DNA of 64,000 nucleotides from Haliotis rufescens (Eukaryota): positions 1,116,001-1,180,000 of the forward strand of contig NW_025963857.1 in the NCBI RefSeq assembly GCF_023055435.1. The letters are read 5' to 3'. The notes under the pieces were generated by a model. The model was not told the origin of the DNA, searched no databases, and worked only from the letters and a program-made list of their open reading frames with translations. Both the position numbers and the translations under genes were made by a program. Shown here piece after piece: positions 13,217-27,028 of the stretch. Position 1 is the first letter of the stretch. Each line of letters starts with the position of its first letter.

Positions 13217-13526
13217 AAAGAAAAAAATCTAGCAAGGGATTATATTACAAAAATGACTGAAAGATTACGCAGATGAATATATTTAACCTAATATAGACAA
13301 CATGATTAGTAAGCGACGTTTTTTTTAAAGTATTTTGGAAACTGCTCTGGAAAACCTCCGATAGGTAAACTATTGATTCAAAATGTCCATGCAGTTTCAA
13401 GTAAATGGATAACAGCAAATTAAGTGCCTGGTCTATTTTTTTTTGTGGTGAAGACTTAAAAGAAAAGAAGATTTGCAGTGACAATTTTGATTTTATGACG
13501 AAGTACGTTGAGTTTCCTCCATATTA

Positions 13527-13696
13527 GGGGCGGCCGGGTAGCCCAGTGGTTAAAGCGTTCGCTCGTCACGCCGAAGACCCGGGCTCGATTCCCGACATGG
13601 GTACAATGTGTGAAGCCCATTTCTGGTGTCCCCCGCCGTGATATTGCTGGAATATTGCTAAAAACGGCGTAAAATCATACTTATTCACTCACTCAC
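13527..13696 (+). mobile_element. Full-length tRNA-derived SINE with 8-bp TSD
   Basis: A-box tagcccagtgg, B-box-like gggctcgattccc, (actc)n tail, and TSD ccatatta at 13519-13526 and 13697-13704. Confidence 0.9.
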
Positions 13697-14729
13697 CCAT
13701 ATTAACTTCAAACTGATTCGAAGAGGGTAATGCAATAAAAAGAAGCTGCACGGCTTAGTGATTGAAAAGGTGCAACATGAAGAGGTTGACAAGGAACAGA
13801 TAATCTCGAAGTGTTGTGAGTGAGTGTGTTGGGTTCACGACTCCTTAATAAATTTGCTAAATGCGAGAAGAAAGACCAAACTTGCATTGCCAAACCAAAT
13901 TGAACGAATCAACCCCCCGAACATGTATACGGTGCTGACAAAACAAGGATGATAATCAGGGAGAACCTGGGATTCGAACCTGGGATCGGCGGATCCTGGT
14001 GCAAATAAGGGGCGCGAGCACAGCAAATATCGGCAACACAGTCAATTCGGCCTGCCATCGCCCCGACTCAGAAGGTTTCTGTGTCATGTATATAATTATC
14101 CATAGTGTCATCTAGTGGATATAACGGTTTACGTATCAGATATAAATGCAACATTAACACACAAAGTCCTACAGTTAGTTGTTGCTGGTTTACTCTGATC
14201 TTGGTTGTCCCCTCACATATGAGTCCGGAACATGGGTACTATCAGATATTTTACGACTGATTCACACTGTTAGCGAATTACCGCTGGACACATGAGCAGG
14301 TTCTCTTAATGGCCAAATTATGAATCTTTTAGGGAAGTATTATCCCACTATTCACGGCAGTATACATTAGAATGTAGTGAGTGAGTTTAATTTAGTTTAC
14401 CGAACACCTGTTATTTGATGTTGAATCATGAACAAAGGCTCATGATATTGTTGTCATCAGACAATGGGCAATTCTTCTGATTATGGAAAGCGTTATGTTG
14501 CTTTTGTAAAGTGCGCCTTGAGCAATAGTTAAGCAATTTGAAGGTTTATCAGCTTTGTTTCAGAGAAAAAAGCGAAATCATTCATTACTTAGTTGGTTTA
14601 TTGCTGTGGTTACGGTGCTCACAAGAGAAAGGGCATACTCAGGGATAATCTGGAATTCGAACCCAAAATCAGCTGATAATGACATAACTAAGGGCCACAA
14701 CTCTGCATAACGAATTGTGTCGATAAATT

Positions 14730-15335
14730 GGTCCTGTATTGAACTTACATTAACATTAATATCGCAATATGCATACCTTCACATGACAAAGACCCAAAAT
14801 ATAACACATGCTTCACCATTCAAGGGACTTTTTGCGTGAACTTAAAACGAGAACGTGTAAATCATTGAAAAAAGGTACCAATTAGTTTCATAGAACTTAC
14901 AACTCATAACAAAACTCCCGCCCACTAGCAACCATCTCATGTGACAAATGTGTGAATTCAAATAACCACATGATCAATACAAATGTTATACTACAATAAA
15001 TATCGATCTACCAACATATGGTGACCACGTAGCTCGGCAGGTTGTTATGTACACGGTGTATTTAGTTGTGTAAGAGCGTTTATGTACACCCCCCAACTCT
15101 TACAATAACGGGACATACTAGCCAGAGACAGTCAGTCTGGCAGAATGGTTGGGAGAGATGGGTCCTGTATTGAACAAATAGTAACTTTAATATTGTATTA
15201 TACATACTTTCTCATGACAAAGGCGCAAATTACTACATGCGCTACAACATATCATTCCTTTGTTTCAGCATATTTGATAAAGCATTTAAACCCTGTCTTC
15301 CAATGCAATCGTGTGCATGATCTCGAAACTTGAAC
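14730..15335. repeat. Old ~430-bp tandem duplication at the left edge of the TRIM array
   Basis: ggtcctgtattgaac...catacYttc.catgacaaag occurs at ~14730 and ~15160. The segment caacatatggtgacca...gagcgtttatg recurs at ~17.5, ~30.6 and ~42.8 kb. Confidence 0.7.
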
Positions 15336-17348
15336 TTATTGATCTTTTTCACACTTTCGCCATCTTGGATCGAAAATGAGGCTGGGTGAGCACAGCTCCA
15401 TGCAGTGTGAGTCGCATCAGCTCATAGGGAACAGACAGCATGTTGTGTATTTCACTGATGGACATTTCAAACAAACAAAAAATGGTATCCTCTGTATCTA
15501 ATAATTTGGTAATCAAGACAAGATAAAATATATGTATCGGTTCAAATTATGTTGATGGAACAATCTGGATTTCTCATATTTAACAAAGAAAAACAAACCG
15601 AAATTTTCATGTCTATATTTCTCACAATATAAGTTTTCAAAACTTAACATGGACCGGGTGTCTTTGTCAGTCAAAAGCACCTAATTAAATTCCAGGAGAA
15701 AATAATTTTCTTGCTTGTAAACAAATGGTACAATGTGTTTTTTTAGTGTCTGATAAATATTGGCCATGTTGTTTTGTGAGTGAATAAGGCTTTTCACTTC
15801 CTCGTCCTATTTAAGTGAAATGTGACAGGAAGCACATTTGTTGATTGAATGACTATGGCTTTTCACTTCCTCGTCTTTGACAGGACGCACATTGTAACCA
15901 GTGTGTTACTGTCAGCAGAAAGCTCCTCCAGACATCCGTCACCGGATACTAGTACTTCATTGTGTTGACTCGCTGGCCTGAAATGAATAATTCAATAATA
16001 TTGTAATAATATTTCTACTTCAATAAAGAAAATGATAATCAATGCATATTCTCCTTCTCTCAAAATATTGCTTATTTAGAAAACAACTTTCTTGTGAAAT
16101 AGAGATATTTAATGAAAATTAATCACAGTGTGTAACATTACATGCTACATAAGAACAATCTTGAAGGCATCAATTCATCTGATATGTCTAAAATTGATAT
16201 GATTAATAATCAATAACACATGGCAATCGCTTGCACAAAAGAAATCATTTTGTTTTAAAAGTTTCAAAATATGTTTTTTATGAACATAAAACCAGATGGG
16301 TTTCACAATTAAACAAAGGGAATAAATGAGCTATGATTGCAATATGCATCAGAATTAAAAATAATTATGTTTATACTTTCAGTTAATAGTAATGTCAATG
16401 TCAGTTTATGCATTTGAAATATTGGAATACAAACTGTTAAAGAGTTATCTTTTTCTGTAAATTATATAAAGATCACATGTAGATTGAACATTTACTGGCC
16501 ATTAATTAGATGGGTTTTTGTTCATTTCATGACATGATAAATTTTGTACAGTAAAGTAAATGTCATTTTGTTAAAAAAATTGTTTACAAAATTGAAGATC
16601 AAACTGTACCTTACTTCAAATATTTACACACCCTTTATGTAATAATTCAGTTGAAATATTACACCTCACGCTATCGAATCTGTCAACATTGACAATTAAA
16701 ATAATAACTGTTCACAATCACAACAGCACAAGTAGATCTAGATGTCTAATATTTTATTGGAATGCATTTGAGTCCATTACAATTTACATCAAATACGCAA
16801 CTGATGCAAAATTCTGATTTGTTACAATTGTAAATTCTCAGTAGGTTACAATTTGATACATTATGTCAACATATCAATTGAGTTAGTTTCTGACATATAT
16901 CTAGATATGGTCAAAAGGTCAATATTTCGACTTCAAATACAACCCGCAAAGTTATTTAAACTCACAATAAATAGTTTGGTTTAAAGGTGTGTAAACAATG
17001 AATTATTCTTTACAAGATCTCAGTAGCATTTGTATCAAGTCTGTTCAACTACCATAAACTTCACTGGGAGTTACCAGGTGGTCATGGAGATTTTAAATTG
17101 AAATCACAACAGAACGGCCAGACTCAAATTTATATCGGTAAGGAGACCAGATAACAGTAGAATAGTCTGTTCAATAATGTTTAATACTAACGATAAATGT
17201 ACCGGAATGGTTAAATTGTCACAGTTTGTCCCGATTGCGGTGCCTTGTTGACATCTCCATGTGTTTCATTTGCTATCCAGCCTTCACCTGCTGCTCTCCA
17301 AGCCTCGCTTTCAAACCGGAAGTAGCGAAGTGTGAAAAAGGTCAATAA
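15336..17348. mobile_element. ~2.0-kb non-autonomous DNA transposon with ~60-bp imperfect TIRs (superfamily unresolved)
   Basis: Left end ttattgatctttttcacactttcgccatcttggatcgaaaatgaggctggg versus reverse complement of the right end ttattgacctttttcacacttcgctacttccggtttgaaagcgaggcttgg. It interrupts sequence that is contiguous (gttgaacttgtaaatactcagtttg) at ~30490 and ~42700. Very AT-rich, no ORF. Confidence 0.75.
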
Positions 17349-18019
17349 GACGTTTCTAAAAGTACTCAGTTTGATTGAATTCCCAATATATTACAACAAT
17401 TCCGCCCATCAAACATCGTCCCAGGTGCAATATGTGTGCAGACATTCACAGATATGCACGATACAAATGTTATACTGTATTAAATATCGATATTGCAACA
17501 TATGGTGACCAACTAGATCAGCAAGTTGTTATGTACACAATACACTTAGTTGTGTGAGAGCGTTTATGAGCAGCCTGTGTCAGTGTACAGCCCCGCCTCT
17601 TACAATACCGAGACAGACAGTAAGTCCAGCAGAATGGTTGGAGGAGACATCTGACGAAACTAAAGGTATTTTCTTGATTACTGAGCAAGTATGTTGTCTG
17701 GTGCTACATCATAGTGAAGTGGTATTTTCTTTGTTTCTGTGTCGAGGTATAATTACTGTTTGTTGTATTGTACATGGTGTTCCTATTGGACAGCATTTTC
17801 TGACATTACTATTAGTGACACAGGACTGAAACTGGATCATCAGGTTCATGGTTACAGTTCTTCTTGTAACATGTATCAATCAATACTTCAATTACAAACA
17901 TCTGACTGTCTTGCAAACCATCACAGGTGCCTTTCATTGACAATATCTAGGTACATATATTATTCTCATGACATTATCTCAATAATCATTGTTCATGTTT
18001 ATGTTTTCATAGCAACTGA

Positions 18020-18560
18020 GACTGTCTCCGTGGTCTAGTGGATAGAGCGACTGCCCAGACAGCAGAAGGTCTGTAGTCTGATCCCCAGCCACATCCTCGG
18101 CATTAAGGATCTAAGACAAGAACTGGTCGGCTTGGAGTCAGTATATTGTGTCGGAGTGTGGTATTCATGTTAAAGGGGCACGGGTGGCCCAGTCATCTAA
18201 GGCGCCGTGATTCGCTGTGCACAGTAACGTCCCTTGGGCACGTCCGAAACCTATGATTGTGGGTTCGAATCCCGGTTCGCCCAGATTATGTTTCTAGGAT
18301 TGTCACCACCAGACCCATGATCATGGGTTTTACCGAAGTGGTAAACGTCTGAGACCTGCATCACTTCGGGAATTCCTCCCACATTAAGCTGACACGCCTG
18401 ATATAACTGGAATACTGTTAAAAGCAGCGTTACACCCAACTCACTCACTCACTTTTCATGTTAAAATGCGGCCTGGTGTCTCAATGCAATATCGGCTGGC
18501 ACTATGAAACCGGCATTAATTAAGTACAAGCAACCACATACATAAACACACATACAGAAA
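18020..18560 (+). mobile_element. Older tRNA-derived SINE (Meta/MESC-like family) split by a younger SINE; also in units 2 and 3
   Basis: Head ctccgtggtctagtgg and body caagaactggtcggcttggagtcag match 55526-55695. It resumes after the insertion as tgcggcctggtgtctca...gcactatgaaaccggc...tacaagcaaccaca. Confidence 0.65.
18175..18454 (+). mobile_element. tRNA(Leu-like)-derived SINE with 11-bp TSD; orthologous copies at ~31326-31604 and ~43462-43740
   Basis: A-box tggcccagtcRtctaagg, B-box ggttcgaatcc, (actc)n tail, and TSD ttcatgttaaa at 18164-18174 and 18455-18465. Confidence 0.88.
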
Positions 18561-18587
18561 CACATTCACATCCAGTCTCTCTCTCTA

Positions 18588-18641
<54 letters not shown>

Positions 18642-19184
18642 AACACATGCATCCAATAAACACATGCATCCAATAAACACACACACACACATGTGTACCT
18701 TAAGGGATTCACGCAATAACGCAAAAACGCAATAACGCGTTCCAAAACATAACTTTCTCTTTGTATTGTGGAGTGATTATTTGGGAACTGTGAAATGACA
18801 CTGAGCTATTTTCAAGCATTAATGTTTTCATCCACAAAACTGTAACTCACGAACTGAGCTCTCACTTACTGACCGCTTTTATATGTTGTTCAACATTGTT
18901 GTAATTGATAGGCATTGGAACATGAACATGTGTCGGAGGCACATAACAAACTACTTCATGTCTTTAAAGATCGTAGGTCGCTATATAAGTGCAATAATCT
19001 TGGACGCGACGTTAAACCCAATTTCACCTCACCTTTAAAGATCGTTGTACCATTTCTACTCTCTGTGAGTTCATTATTGATAAAACTGCCCGTATATCAA
19101 TCAAAAACAAAAATGGGTTCTTATGGATGAAAAGGTGTATGAAGTTAAGTTGAGAATGCCAATATTGTTATTTTAACATTTTAG

Positions 19185-21323
19185 ATGGCAGTGCACCGAC
19201 AATTGACAGACAACTTCTTGACGTGCAGCATCTGCATGGACGTCTTTGATGTTCCCTGTACACTTGTGTGTTATCACACATTTTGTCGGAAATGTGTCGT
19301 TAGCTATACTAAAACCAGACCAGAAGCCATCAGTGCCAAGTCTCTCCTCTGTCCATTCTGTCGAAAGATGACCAAAGTAGCCAACTCAAACAGGCCAGTT
19401 GAAGAGTGGGCACAGGAAGTGAAACCCAGTTTTTTGATTCAGGGTCTCTTGGATTCATTTAATCCCAAGACAAAAGGTATTTCCGAATAGGCTACCAGTG
19501 TTGAACTCATCCTAACATAGCTACGTTGTTCATATCCCGGGTTTGTGAATTCCTCGTATGTACATTGAAAGGTTAAAGGTTATTTCGTAATATTATAGTT
19601 CTTGTGTTGAAAAATAACTGACACATTTGTATGTATACTTGCAGATACCCCGAAGTGCATCCTATGTAGTGATGAAGGAGCGGCACCTCCAGCCACTGCT
19701 TGGTGTGCTGACTGTGACATCAGTCTTTGTGAGGGATGCCAGAAGGCTCACAGACGTATTCCTGCCACTCGTCACCATGACGTATCTGACCTGTCCACAG
19801 AGGTCAAAATCAACCAAAGACGCAAACCATTCTGTAAGCAACATCCAGATCAAAGCATGCAGTTCTACTGCAAAGATTGTAAGAAACTGCAATGTCAATC
19901 CTGTTGCATCCTGTATCACAGAAAGTGTGAGGCAATTCTACCGTTTGAATCTGTTATGCCAGAACTGATCAGCTGTGTTACAGGAGTTAAGGAAAGACTA
20001 GCGTCTCATTTACAAGCAACAGACAGTTTGCTAACAGAATTAGAAACCAAACGGACTGAGGTAATAAAGAACAGAGTCACCGTTCAGTGTCAGATCCGAT
20101 CTACAATCCAGACAGTCACAGAAGCCATAAAGAAGAAGCAACGACAACTCTTGGACCAACTGGATGACGCCACTGAGAAACATATCGAGCGACTGAAAAC
20201 TGAAATGAAGTCTGAAGAGATGGCCAAGCAGATGATAAGTCATCACTCTGTGATGATAGACAGAGCTCTGGAGTCTGGAAGTGAAATGGACATCTATGAG
20301 ATATACCTTTGGTGTGAGTCAGAGGAGTTTCCTACAGTATATGACCCAGATTCAGATATAAAATATGAACTGAGGGAGAAAGTATGTTTTAAGCATGATT
20401 GTGAAGAGATGTGTAACAATATACACGAGGTAAGCTTTGGTGAAATTGATACCATATATGAAGATGTGTTTGATTCTACATCGACATCAGTTCTGCACGA
20501 CACAGTCGACACACAAACAGAAGATGAGACAAGTTTACCTCATGTTTATGACGTGGCAGTGTTCAATGAAGGCGGTACAGACACCATAGTTGTAACTGAT
20601 AATAACAACAAGTGCGTCAAATCCTTCTACACACGCAATACTCAACCCTGTCAGAGTAAGCTCTCTGTTCAGAGCCCCCCTCGGCGGATTGCAAAACTTA
20701 ATGCCCATCACATGGCTGTGACCCTTCCCGAGACAAGGGAGATAATACTAATTGAAGTGACCCCTGACCTTGTTCTCCAATCATACATTTCAACGAGGAA
20801 GAAGTACTTTGGTCTGACGGCCCTGACACCGACTACCCTGGCAGCAGGATCCGGGTCGCCTCCCTGTGTGGACATCCTGGACATGGCGGGGAATGTGTTG
20901 AGGACGCTGAATCGTGTCACAGATGGGGGAACCCTTGTATCAGATCCTTTATTCCTATCTACCACCAGTCAAGGTTACATCCTGGTGTCATGCAGTCATG
21001 CCCCAAGAAGTCATGTGCTATGTATGACACCAAACGGAGATGTTGTGTTTAATTATGTACCCACAGGACAACATCGAGCAATGAATCCATGCGGCATCAC
21101 TGGAACAAACACAGGCGACATGCTTGTTGTTGACGACATGTCAAACAAAGTGGTTCATTTGAGTAGTTCAGGCACATGGTTGAGAGACGTACTGACGTCA
21201 AGCGATGGCATCACTTTCCCTTATGGTCTGTACTTTGATAAGCGGAGGCGTCTGTATGTCACCAACCGCCACTGTGTGATGGTCTACAGGTTCATAACAC
21301 GCACCAAACCAAGATGTACATGA
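19185..21323 (+). CDS. TRIM-A1: intact RING-Bbox1-Bbox2-coiled coil-NHL-like E3 ligase, 656 aa; exons 19185-19476 and 19645-21323
   Basis: C3HC4 RING (CSIC...CYHTFCRKC...CPFC), phase-1 GT-AG intron, B-box1 CILCSDEG...WCADCDISLCEGCQKAHRRIPATRHH, B-box2 CKQHPDQSMQFYCKDCKKLQCQSCCILYH, heptad-rich segment, and propeller blades (PCGITGTNTGDMLVVD; FPYGLYFDKRRRLYVT). No internal stop. The ATG directly follows an acceptor AG, implying a non-coding 5' exon. Confidence 0.93.
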
Positions 21324-21899
21324 AGGTGAATGAACGACTGATGGTTTTGTATAGATCTCCCTTTGAATAGTGTTTCAGTTATATAACGAGATTGAGAAAC
21401 ACAACCAGTGTGAAGCCAATGTAGGCGTGTTTACTCCTACTTCCGGGGTCCGATGACTGACTGTGTTCGATCCTGATGATGAGATGATGATAGATGCACA
21501 GGGGCGCAAGCGCATTGTTATGAAACAATATGTTTACGAAAAAATACTTATTTCTAAGGAAAAATAAAATCATTTTGTTCTGCTGTGTCCCTTTTGTATT
21601 GACATGTGCATACAATCTATTGTATTTACAGTGTTGTTTAATTTTGCAATTTATCGTTCGGTTGTTATGAAGTTATTCGATTACTTCCATTTCTTTTATA
21701 AGGGGATAAAACGAGGCTGACAGGTTGGACGGTAGGTTGATTAACGTCGCACTCAACACTCTTCTAGCTACAAGACAAACAAATCACTAATACCTCACGG
21801 ATCTGTATCCAACGGAGTCAAACTGTCACGTCAAAATGAGAAAAGCTTCATTTCTTCATAACACCTTAATATATTTGTCACTTATTGCTACAGTTTACT

Positions 21900-22112
21900 G
21901 TTTGTTGGTTGGTTGGACGGTTGGTTCATTAACGCCGCACTCAACACTCTTTAAGCTACAAGACGGCGGTCCAGTGGTTAACATCGTGACCATCTATCGA
22001 TTGGAATACGGTGACATGCATCAACCAAGTCAGCAAGCCTGACCACCCGATCCCGTTTGTCGCCTCATACGACAAGCATTGGTTTCTGAAGATTCAAACA
22101 CGGATCTTCCTG
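21900..22112 (-). mobile_element. SINE-like interspersed repeat (also ~35018-35235; degenerate relative ~48255-48450)
   Basis: Minus strand reads gaagatccgtg...cttgtcgtatgaggcgacaaacgggatcgggtggtcaggcttgctgacttggttga...gagtgcggcgttaa with an (aacc)n tail. Confidence 0.65.
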
Positions 22113-24178
22113 AAGGCGCGGGTGGGGGTGGTCGTAAAGGAGGGGTAGACTAGTAGTTAAAGCTTGGCTTCTCACGCCAGAAGCATGGGTCTTAGTGCCC
22201 GCATGGATACAATGTATAAAGCCCATGTCTTACTCTGCCAAACATTCAAACAGTTGATGACGTCACTGTTGTTCCCGACAACGAAACACGGGTGAAAACT
22301 GAACCATAACACCTCGCATTGAGAGTCAAAACAGAATCTGAGAAGCAATAAACACAAATACCCCTGGTAAATCAAATGTGAAATTAAAGATTGGACATTG
22401 TCATATGTAATTGGTGACCTTTTTATTGAAACATAGCTGCCATTAGAGAAACTACAGCCTGCTTCTACGCGGATGTCGCACTTGCATCTATAGGTTTAGC
22501 AGTCTTAATCACAAGTCTATTCTGCGCCAAATAAACGGTTAAAAATAAGATATGGAAACATTTGCCATTTATATTTGTATGGCCTAGGCAGAATATTATT
22601 TCGAGAACAAAGACATATATGCTATGTAGGATTCTGTTGGCAATTCACGACACATCCGTAACCAACATATACCGTTTTACCGATTGAAACAAACTGATAA
22701 TTTAGAGAAATATCCTTTGGGCAACGAGGAAGTACGTGTTATCTGTCCCCAGTGGTATATAGTGAGTTCAGAGCCTTGGCGAGGTACTATTACTGTCCAT
22801 GAAACGGATGTATTTCTGTAAACTATTTTCTATATTTCTGATAGATAACCATGGCATTCACGACTGTTTCGTGAGATTATAAGTATGTCGGCAGTGTTGT
22901 GGTCGGTGTCGACGAACAGACATATTAGCTCAGATTTTCTAAACTTGTCCTTGGATGAATGAACAAAACAGCATCAATATATATGGAAACAATATGTATT
23001 TGTAAGTAACGGGGTCACATGAGATTTTAACCGCCATTTCTCCCTTTACATCACACAGCGTTAATTGATGTTTGTTATGAAGACATACGTCGTGTTCCAC
23101 GAAAAGAACCAAGCGCTGAAACGATCCCTTTTCACATCGTAGAACGGGTTCCATAGTGGTGTGGTGTGTTTTATGTATTCATTTAAATAAGAAAGACAAT
23201 CTGTACAAAGGTAGTGACAGCACTTTTATTATGACAGAAATGTAAACACACGGATATGCATGTACATGTTAACAAATACACTTAAACTGACAGGAAGTGG
23301 TTAATGGTTTAAATATCAGAGTTTTATTGTATTTAAAAAATATATAATTATATACTTCACGGGGCAATAAGGCTTTAGTTTTCAGCAGTCGCCCGAAATC
23401 CGCCCTCCCCTCCCCTCCCCGCTAACTTAAATATACACGTAATACATGCACATTCAATAACGGAATATTTGTTTGACGGGTGACAATTCCAGTTATGTGC
23501 ATTCATTGTTCACGTACACCACATTGATGTCTCCCAGCTCCACATCAATGTCAGACACAAACATCGCGAACACCTGGTGTGGGCACAATAAAACTGCGCA
23601 CCCCCCAACCACTGCCTCACATAATAGTTCTTAAACGTTCTTCTTTCTTTTAAGAAGCAGAATCGGTGCACTTAATTCGTAGGTTAAAATTAACGGGTGA
23701 CAATTCCAGTTCTGTGCTGGCAGAATCAGTGCCCTTAATTCGTAGGTTAAAATAAACGTATCGGTTTTATTAGTTTCAACAAAATCAGTTCATCCACTAA
23801 CGTGTCACTGGATATTCTGGTTCATCGATCACTTGATTGTCTGGTTTGTTTACAGGCCGCCGTCTCACGATACGAGTACAGCTGTGCCGCGTCAGGGACA
23901 AATACTTCCTTTGTCATGAAAATTGTGTGAATGGCGAGTGCTACCGATAGGGCCGGACATGCTTACCCTTTTCGCGAACACCTGGTGTCATCACTCAGTA
24001 TCAGTGGTCAATTTATATAAATTTCATAACTTTTTTGCACTTCACGTCAAATTTGTATCTGTTTCGGCGGACAGTCTAGACTGATTGTTCTCTTGTATTG
24101 GAAATTCATATTTACATAAACTATTGTCACTCAGATGGTGACGGATTCTATCATGAACAATCGTTATGCTTCCACATC

Positions 24179-27028
24179 TTAGGTGTTTCTTGTAAATCTG
24201 TACATCTTCACACAGTCATCATCGGTGACATACAGGTGCTGACTTTCACACAGGTAGAGACCTTGCGGATATGTAATACCATCACGTGACGTCAACACTT
24301 TCCTCACAAACGTCCCAGAAGCGCTGAGTTGAATCACACATTTTGCATTGTCATCTATAACCAGGATATGTCCTGTGTTGGTTTCAGTGATTCCAGCAAA
24401 GAAAGGCCACTGCTGTGTAGGATGATACCAGAACACAACATCTCCATGAGGAGTCAGACAGAGGACACTGCGAGCTCCGTTTACACAGCAAGACACGAGG
24501 ATGTTACCCTGCCTGGTGGTACTGAGGTAACAAGGATCTGATACAAGTTTCCTTCCATCTGTGACAGGAACTAGGATCTTCAACACATTCCCCGTCATGT
24601 CCAGGATGTCCACACAGGGAGGATCCACGGATCCTGCTGCCAGGGCTGTCGGTGTCAGGGATATCACACCGTGGTACCCCTTCCTTGTCGAGATGGTTGA
24701 GTGAAGAACCAGCTCAGGCTTCACTTCTACTATTATTATTTTCTTGTCAGGGAGAGTCACAGCCATTTTATTGTTGTTTATTTTCGCAATACGTCGAGGG
24801 GCGCTTTGTAACCCCAGCTTACTCTGACATGACTTCTTGCTTCTTTTGTAGAAGGATTTCACACAATTGTTGTAACAATCTGTGACAACTATAGTGTCTG
24901 TGTTGTCTATAACAAACACTGCCACGTCAAGAGCATTGGGTTTCTTCTCATCATCTTCTGCCTGTATGTCCACTGTGTCATACAGAACTGCTGTAGATAT
25001 AGAATCAAACACATCTTCAACAATGATATCAACCACACCAATGTGTAGATCGTTTAGTTCCTCACACATCAGCAGACGATTATGTAGAAAACAAGCCTTG
25101 CCCCCAGATACATCCTCCATACCTGACTCCGGGACACACACAGTGGCTGCCTCCTCCGACTCACTCCACAGATACATCTCACAGATGTCCACGTCACTCT
25201 CAGACTCCAGAGCTCTGCCCAGCAACTCCGAGTGTTGACGAATCATCTGCCTGGCCATCTCCTCACGCTTCATGTCCCCTTTCAGCTGTCCTATTTGTTT
25301 CTCTGTGACGTCATCTATTTGTTCCAGGAGTTGTCTTTCCTTCTTCTTTATCAAGTCAATGGCGGTGTGGGTTGCTGATCGGACCTGAGACTGAAGGCTT
25401 GACTTGTTCTTATTAATTTCAGTACATTGTGCTCCCTTCTTTGCAAGGCGAGTGTTTGATGTTGCTAAATCAGACTCTAGTTTCTGTTTTACAGATTGAA
25501 GAGTGTTTTGCATTTCAGGCAACACAGACTCAAGCGAGACAATGGACTCACATTTTCTGTGATACAAGGTGCAACACGATTGACATTGTAGTTTCTAACA
25601 GTCCTTGCAGTAGAACTGCATCCTCTGATCTGGATGTTCTTTACACATAGGTTTGCGTCTTTTCTTCACCTTGACATCCCTTGACAAGTCAGATACGTCA
25701 TGGTGACGGGTGGCAGGGATACGTCTATGTGCCTTCAGGCATCCATCACAGAGCTAGACATTACATTCGACGCACCAAGCATTGGCTGGAGTTGTCTCCC
25801 CGTCCTCATCACATAAGTTGCAGTTATTTGTTCCTGAAAAGAAATTTGCACATGTATTATGCTGACATAGATAATATCTAAGGTGGTGTACAGAGAAATA
25901 TAGGTTCTATTAGGATGCACTGAGAAAGTGCTTCACATGAATAGGAAATATGAATATAAGAGCACCTATTTGCGTCATCTTTATAAAGACATTTATCCTT
26001 TCCTTTATCAGTACCCATTTAAGGGGCACCAGTGATGCAGTCTTCTAAATCTGCATGCCTGCATCCCTCAAATCCCAGAGTCACCCTCATTATGTTTCAT
26101 GGTATGTCGGTACCATTCTTGTGCTCGTGGGTTTACCCAAAGTGACATTTGACATCGGATCAAGTTTTCCACACTCATCAAACTGACACGCGATGCTATA
26201 ACTGGAATACTCAAGTACACATTTCACGTTTAGGTTGGTTCATTTTGGAATTCCAACATAGAAAATACAGTACCTGTTAAAAAAATGTACCTTTCAACTG
26301 GCAATAAAAAAACCTACAAGCAGCACTCGTCTTTAAAAGCTTACAAGTTTTGCGAAGACATGTTAGAATGTCACTAAAAATATAATTCTATTAACTTGAA
26401 AATTACAAAATTAAGTTAATACAACAATAAATTGAAAAATGAATTTTTGTGTTCGCATGCAATATTAAAGGCGTTAATATTACAGTGTCATTGTGACTAG
26501 ACAAGGTCAATAACATTACTTCAAAATCATGAGAATCAATAATTTGTCTCAGAAGCAGGATTGACTGCGGGTCTAATAGTGTGTCACTGAAAGAAATGAC
26601 AGAGATATTCAAGTAATGTTAGGACAAAAACGAGTCTGTCATAGATGGGTAAATACTGTTGCCTGAGTTGAAGATGAATTAAAACTATATGGATTGAGTG
26701 GAAGTCCAACCACCATGGTCTGGTGTACACTTATACCTTGACTGCAGGGAGCGAAGGAATCCATGAGACCCTGAATCAAGAAGCTGGGTTTCACCTCCTG
26801 TGCCCACTCTTCAACTGGCCTGTTTGAGTCGGCTACTTTGGTCATCTTACGACAGAATGGACAGAGGAGAGACTTGGCACTGATAGCTTCTGGTCTGGTT
26901 TCAGTGTAGCTAACGACACATTTCTTACAAAATGTGTGATAACACAAAAGTGTACAGGGGTCATCAAAGACGTCCATGCAGATGCTGCACGTCAAGAAAT
27001 TGTTTGTCAATGTCTTGTGCATCGCCAT
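24179..27028 (-). pseudogene. TRIM-B1: RING-Bbox-Bbox-CC-NHL-like gene with two nonsense codons; exons 27028-26737 and 25833-24179
   Basis: Same 292-nt RING exon and phase-1 intron position as A. In-frame TAG at 25756-25754 (B-box1; TCG/TCA in B2/B3) and 25597-25595 (B-box2; GAG/AAG in B2/B3). The downstream 462 codons remain open. Confidence 0.88.

Noticed and set aside
13527-18454. Functional tRNA genes at the A/B-box heads (13527, 18175 and paralogs)
   Set aside because: No complete cloverleaf is evident. They are followed by SINE bodies, (actc)n tails and TSDs.
19627-19968. Recurrent short ORFs overlapping or antisense to TRIM exons (e.g. MYVYLQIPRS..., MIQDATGL..., MVDRNKGS...)
   Set aside because: They recur only because the DNA is duplicated. 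They are alternative-frame or antisense shadows of the real exons.
19185-21323. Assigning a vertebrate symbol (TRIM2/3/56/71)
   Set aside because: No filamin domain is evident and the family looks lineage-specific. Orthology cannot be established without a phylogeny.
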